From the human T2T-CHM13v2.0 reference genome, Homo sapiens: a stretch of 64,000 nt of DNA. Shown here one piece after another: positions 59,260 through 64,000 of the stretch. The stretch lies in assembly GCF_009914755.1 (NCBI RefSeq), contig NC_060927.1, one strand, 5' to 3'. The notes beneath the pieces were generated by a model. The model worked only from the letters and a program-made list of their open reading frames with translations, made no database searches and had not been told where the DNA came from. The translations under genes and the position numbers were made by a program. The first letter of the stretch is position 1. Each line of letters begins with the position of its first letter.

Positions 59260-59460
59260 CTTTGGCATTAGGCCAGGTGCTTTAAATGCACTTAAATTTA
59301 TTCAATGCCCAGAACCGACATAGAATTTAGGTAGTGTTATTATTATCCTTATTTTTGGTTGAGTGTTCTGTGCCTGAGGACTCATTGCTATCAAATAGTG
59401 GAGCTAGTATTTGAATCTAGACTGCATGATGGCAACATCTGTGCCTTTCAACTACAACAG
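59260..59460 (-). mobile_element. MIR SINE, degenerate
   Basis: aggtagtgttattattatccttattttt...gtggagctagtatttgaatctagact. Confidence 0.55.
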
Positions 59461-59689
59461 TTTTCTCTGAAATACACTTATCTCTCATGGACTGCCTTGG
59501 AAGACTGTGTACTCCCTAATATTAGAATTGTCCAGGTGGAGTTTGGAGGAGTGTTTGGCAAAGAGATTGTAGGAAGATTGGAAGATCCAATAGAGGTTCA
59601 AGAAGATGACTTTTAAGATTCCCATTCTCTCTATAGTTTTATGAGAGTAGCAGGTGCAGTCCTGACTTGCTGAGTGGCTTGTTGCAGTC

Positions 59690-59853
59690 CAGGGAGTCTC
59701 AATCTTTAATGTGCATATGGCTTTCTTGGGGATCTTGTCAAAATGTACAGCCTGATTCAGTAGACCTAGGGTAGGCCTGAAATTGTGCACTTCTAACAAG
59801 CTCCCAAGTGATGCCAACATTGCTTTTCCACAGCTCACATCTGAGCAGCAAAG
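59690..59853. mobile_element. MER5B-like MITE
   Basis: ggggatcttgtcaaaatg...ctgattcagtagacctaggg...ttctaacaagctcccaagtgatgcc. Confidence 0.85.
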
Positions 59854-60929
59854 TAGAAAACCTCTCAGGCGAGGTGCTTTTGATTTCTGCTTGCAGAGCC
59901 ATTTTCCTAGTTTTTCAGGTCTTGACCGTAGTTGGGACAATTATATAAAAACATCCTAAACTAAACAGTTCTCTAAACTGTATCTGAACCACCATGTCCT
60001 AGGATCCTGAAATGCTGTTTTCCTTATACAATTAGGATACTGCCTAGAGGAGAGATTTCCTCTGTAAGTCATGAACCTCCAGCAATTTAAAGGGACACGA
60101 AAGAGCTGATACCATCAGCAAGCATACTAATTTACAAATTACATCAAAATGTTCTTGGAGACAACATATCTTTGTTGAAAAAAAAATTCCACTTTCAACT
60201 TATAAATAAATATGTAATCATGGTACAATTACATGACTATTCAAACTTTTGATATCCTTTTTGAATCACAGATCTCAAATTTTGTCTCATAAGATTCTGA
60301 TATATTTCCAAAAATCCTTTGAGATGGATCCAACTTAATTACAATGAAAAGAAAAATGGGCTTCCAATCCCTTGTATTTCAAGAGATGGGTGTTTGAATT
60401 TGATCTAACTGGCTTCTGATATCTTTGGCTTGCAATGCATGAAAGTCTTTTTTTAAAAAAAAGATCTTTGAATGAAACAAAAAACTTAGGAAAAATCATT
60501 CTCTAAAGTCTAGGAGGCTTTGAAAGCATTGCCTATTTCCATTTCATTAATTTTAAAAATCTTTCCAAATCTTGGAATAAAATCAGTTTTGCAAGTTAAG
60601 AAACATTTAGCTAAGGCAAACTGTATAGCTCAGAAATCTTTCAGAAAGGGTTAGGCAATTGGAATGCTGAAAATATTAGATTGATGGGATTATAGAGATC
60701 CATATTTACCGACCAAGAAAAGCAGTTGCATGTGTTGCTTAGGGAAAAATCAGATGTTAAAATTGTATGTATAATCTGATATCATTTTGGCTAAAATAAG
60801 GAAAACAATTTTATTAAAAATTTATTATCTTGGATGGTGGCATCATAGCTAATTTCTCTTTGTATTGGCTGAATTACTATAATAAAATTACATAACTTAT
60901 AAAATTAGAAAAAGTCAATAGTCATTTTC

Positions 60930-64000
<3,071 letters not shown>

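Overview
This is AT-rich, CpG-depleted primate genomic DNA. Young AluY and L1PA3-5-type elements point to human or another ape. It is intronic or intergenic: I see no CpG island, no convincing protein-coding exon, no tRNA, rRNA or snRNA gene and no CRISPR array. The supplied ORFs are short translations of Alu, L1, LTR and microsatellite DNA or chance ORFs. About 28 Alu copies sit among L1 (L1PA, L1MA, L1ME, HAL1-like), L2, MIR, ERVL/MaLR solo LTRs and DNA-transposon relics (Tigger4, MER5, MER33, MER53, MER58, MER103). Several kilobase-scale stretches lack recognisable repeats and are rich in transcription-factor motifs, so they are enhancer candidates (mainly 24.5-28.3 kb, also 2.1-4.7 kb). 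The most notable small-scale signals are a pre-miRNA-like hairpin (2164-2237), a MER53 carrying a near-perfect miR-1302 sequence, a twin-primed inverted L1, a templated-insertion scar inside an L1, a ~100 bp local duplication with a collapsed MER33 hairpin, and GATA-motif arrays. I found no evidence for a new multi-gene system and could not identify the locus. Repeat subfamily calls and consensus comparisons are from memory, and boundaries of old repeats are approximate.
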